From a virus: 50,865 nucleotides of DNA. Under the pieces are notes generated by a model. That model searched no databases. It was given only the letters and a program-made list of their open reading frames with translations, and was not told the DNA's origin. Shown here piece by piece: positions 49,284-50,865 of this stretch; position 1 is the first letter of the stretch, and each line of letters starts with the position of its first letter. The position numbers were made by a program, and so were the translations under genes. The stretch lies in IMG/VR virus record IMGVR_UViG_3300045988_090630; one strand, given 5' to 3'.

Positions 49284-50865
49284 ATGTGTGCAAAAAAGAA
49301 GCCGGCCGTGCTTGAGCCGGATATGCAGGATGCCGTGATCTACACTCGGTACTCGTCTCATAATCAGCGGGACTGTTCCATCGAGCAGCAGGTGGCGGAC
49401 TGCGAGATTTTTGCCCGGCAGAATAACCTCCGGGTGGTGAAGGTCTACGCCGATCGGCATCTGTCTGGCACTACCGATAACCGCCCCCAGTTCCAGCAAA
49501 TGCTGAAGGATGCCGCTCACGGCCACTGGGCTTATGTGATCTGCTGGAAGATCGACCGCTTTGCCCGGAACCGCTACGATTCGGCCACATACAAGTTCCG
49601 GCTGAAAAAGGCCGGGGTGCGGGTCCTCTATGCAAAGGAGTCCATCCCGGACGGCCCGGAGGGGATTCTGCTGGAATCCGTGCTGGAGGGGTCTGCTGAA
49701 TATTACAGCGCAGCCCTCGCCCAGAATATTCGCCGGGGCATGAAATACAACGCCGAGCAGTGCAAGGTGAACTCCGGCTCCATCCCTTTCGGGTACTGCA
49801 AGGGGCCGGATGGCCGCTTTGCTATCCACGAGGCAAACGCCGAGGTCGTGCGGGAGATCTTCCGAAAGGCTGCGGCGGGGATGCCTTTTGTGGATATCGC
49901 CAACGATCTGAACAGCCGGGGGCTGAAAACCAGCCGGGGCGGGCGTTGGAACAAGGGCAGCTTCCGGCTGCTGATGAACGAGGCCTATATCGGGGTGTAT
50001 CATTTCTCGGACACCCGCATCGAGGGCGGGATGCCCGCTCTCATCGATCAGGGCACCTTTTGGGCGGCGAATGAGCGGCTGAAAGCAAATAGCAGCGTCC
50101 GGGGTCGTCACCAAGACGGCGGGGACTACCTGCTGACCGGGAAGCTGAAGTGCGCCCACTGCGGGTCCTACATGATCGGCTTCTCCGGCACCGGGAAGAG
50201 CGGTGAACTGCATTACTACTACGGCTGCCAAAAGCGGCGGCGGGAGCGGGCTTGCAAAAAGGCCAACGTGCCCCGCGAGTGGATCGAGCGTGTGGTCGTG
50301 AAGGCTGCTCTGGACTACGTCCTCCGGCCTGACGTGATGGAGTGGATCGCGGATGCCGTGATGGAATATCAGGAGCGGGAGGCGGCCTCGGCGCAGCTTG
50401 CCGCCCTGACCGCCGAACTGGAGGAAAACCAAAAGGCCACCGACAATGTGATGAAGGCCATCGAAGCCGGAATCATCACCTCGACCACAAAGCAGCGGCT
50501 TCTGGATCTGGAGGCCAAGGCCCAAGATCTGAAGCGGGCCATCGAACTGGAAAAGTTGAGCCACGTCCGGCTGGAGCGTGATCAGGTTCTCTTCTGGCTG
50601 GATCGCTTCCGGGGCGGCAGCTTGCAGAGCCAAGAGTTCCGGCGCAAGGTCATTGATGCCTTTGTGTCGGTGGTCTACCTGTCCGATGATCACCTGCGGA
50701 TTGCTTTCAATTATTCAGGGGGTTCTAACGCCGAGGCCGACTTCGACCTTGTCATGGACGCGGAGGCGGCGGCTGGCGAACTGTCCAAAAAGTTCGCACA
50801 AGGTCACGTTGCCTCCACCAAATGTGAATCAGGCGAACCCCCCACGATCTACTTCGTGGGTGCGT
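49284..50865 (+). CDS. int: Large serine recombinase (integrase). It is open at the window end, is not in the ORF track, and continues at 1-90.
   Basis: GGGAGG lies 9 nt before ATG 49284. AVIYTRYSSHNQ (catalytic Ser), a recombinase domain, the zinc ribbon CAHCGS...YYYGCQKRRRERAC and a coiled coil. Confidence 0.88.
   Translation, partial: MCAKKKPAVLEPDMQDAVIYTRYSSHNQRDCSIEQQVADCEIFARQNNLRVVKVYADRHLSGTTDNRPQFQQMLKDAAHGHWAYVICWKIDRFARNRYDSATYKFRLKKAGVRVLYAKESIPDGPEGILLESVLEGSAEYYSAALAQNIRRGMKYNAEQCKVNSGSIPFGYCKGPDGRFAIHEANAEVVREIFRKAAAGMPFVDIANDLNSRGLKTSRGGRWNKGSFRLLMNEAYIGVYHFSDTRIEGGMPALIDQGTFWAANERLKANSSVRGRHQDGGDYLLTGKLKCAHCGSYMIGFSGTGKSGELHYYYGCQKRRRERACKKANVPREWIERVVVKAALDYVLRPDVMEWIADAVMEYQEREAASAQLAALTAELEENQKATDNVMKAIEAGIITSTTKQRLLDLEAKAQDLKRAIELEKLSHVRLERDQVLFWLDRFRGGSLQSQEFRRKVIDAFVSVVYLSDDHLRIAFNYSGGSNAEADFDLVMDAEAAAGELSKKFAQGHVASTKCESGEPPTIYFVGA
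50811..50865. repeat. Second copy of the 55-bp terminal repeat
   Basis: Identical to 1-55. Confidence 0.85.

Noticed and set aside
49209-50693. 494-aa minus-strand ORF covering the right end
   Set aside because: It is antisense to a clear large serine recombinase reading frame with catalytic and zinc-ribbon motifs. Its composition is a P/G/L/H-rich shadow.

Overview
The window is a complete temperate contractile-tailed phage or prophage genome with no host flanks. Positions 1-55 are identical to 50811-50865, so the unique length is 50,810 bp, and a large serine recombinase gene reads straight across that junction. This fits a circular assembly overlap better than att sites. GC is high, roughly 57-60% by eye. 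Gene content (XkdX-like protein, LL-H-type holin, PBSX/P2-like tail, DDLPF tails) suggests a GC-rich Firmicutes host; that host call is inference.

Layout:
- 1-5013 (+): short operons of small unknown genes. Three are driven by a thrice-repeated promoter-operator cassette. A divergent XRE-HTH gene sits at 2452-2697 (-).
- 5177-7628 (-): lysis genes, with two endolysins, holin-like proteins and an XkdX-like gene.
- 7854-10700 (-): a complete diversity-generating retroelement (RT, TR, VR) targeting the tail-fibre C-terminus.
- 10700-22100 (-): P2/Mu/PBSX-like baseplate, tape measure, frameshifted chaperone, tube and sheath.
- 22123-31203 (-): lambda-like head and packaging genes (MCP, protease, portal, gpW, GpA terminase, small terminase).
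- 31261-32613 (-): ParB-methyltransferase.
- 32623-33328: about 600-700 bp of ORF-poor, hairpin-rich DNA.
- 33329-47966 (-): early and replication genes. These include an ArpU-like regulator, VRR-NUC, an HD hydrolase, an iteron origin, a primase-helicase and an SNF2 helicase split into two pieces by three inserted genes.
- 47999-48076: divergent consensus promoters.
- 48103-50865 (+): CI-like repressor, DUF4236 membrane protein and serine integrase.

The strongest finding is the DGR: all 15 TR/VR mismatches fall on TR adenines. Other points worth follow-up:
- the split helicase
- the structured non-coding block
- two homopolymer tracts sitting exactly at reading-frame junctions
- the repeated operator cassettes
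- SSB-like C-terminal tips on two replication proteins

All functional calls come from motif recognition by eye and from gene order. No database search was run.
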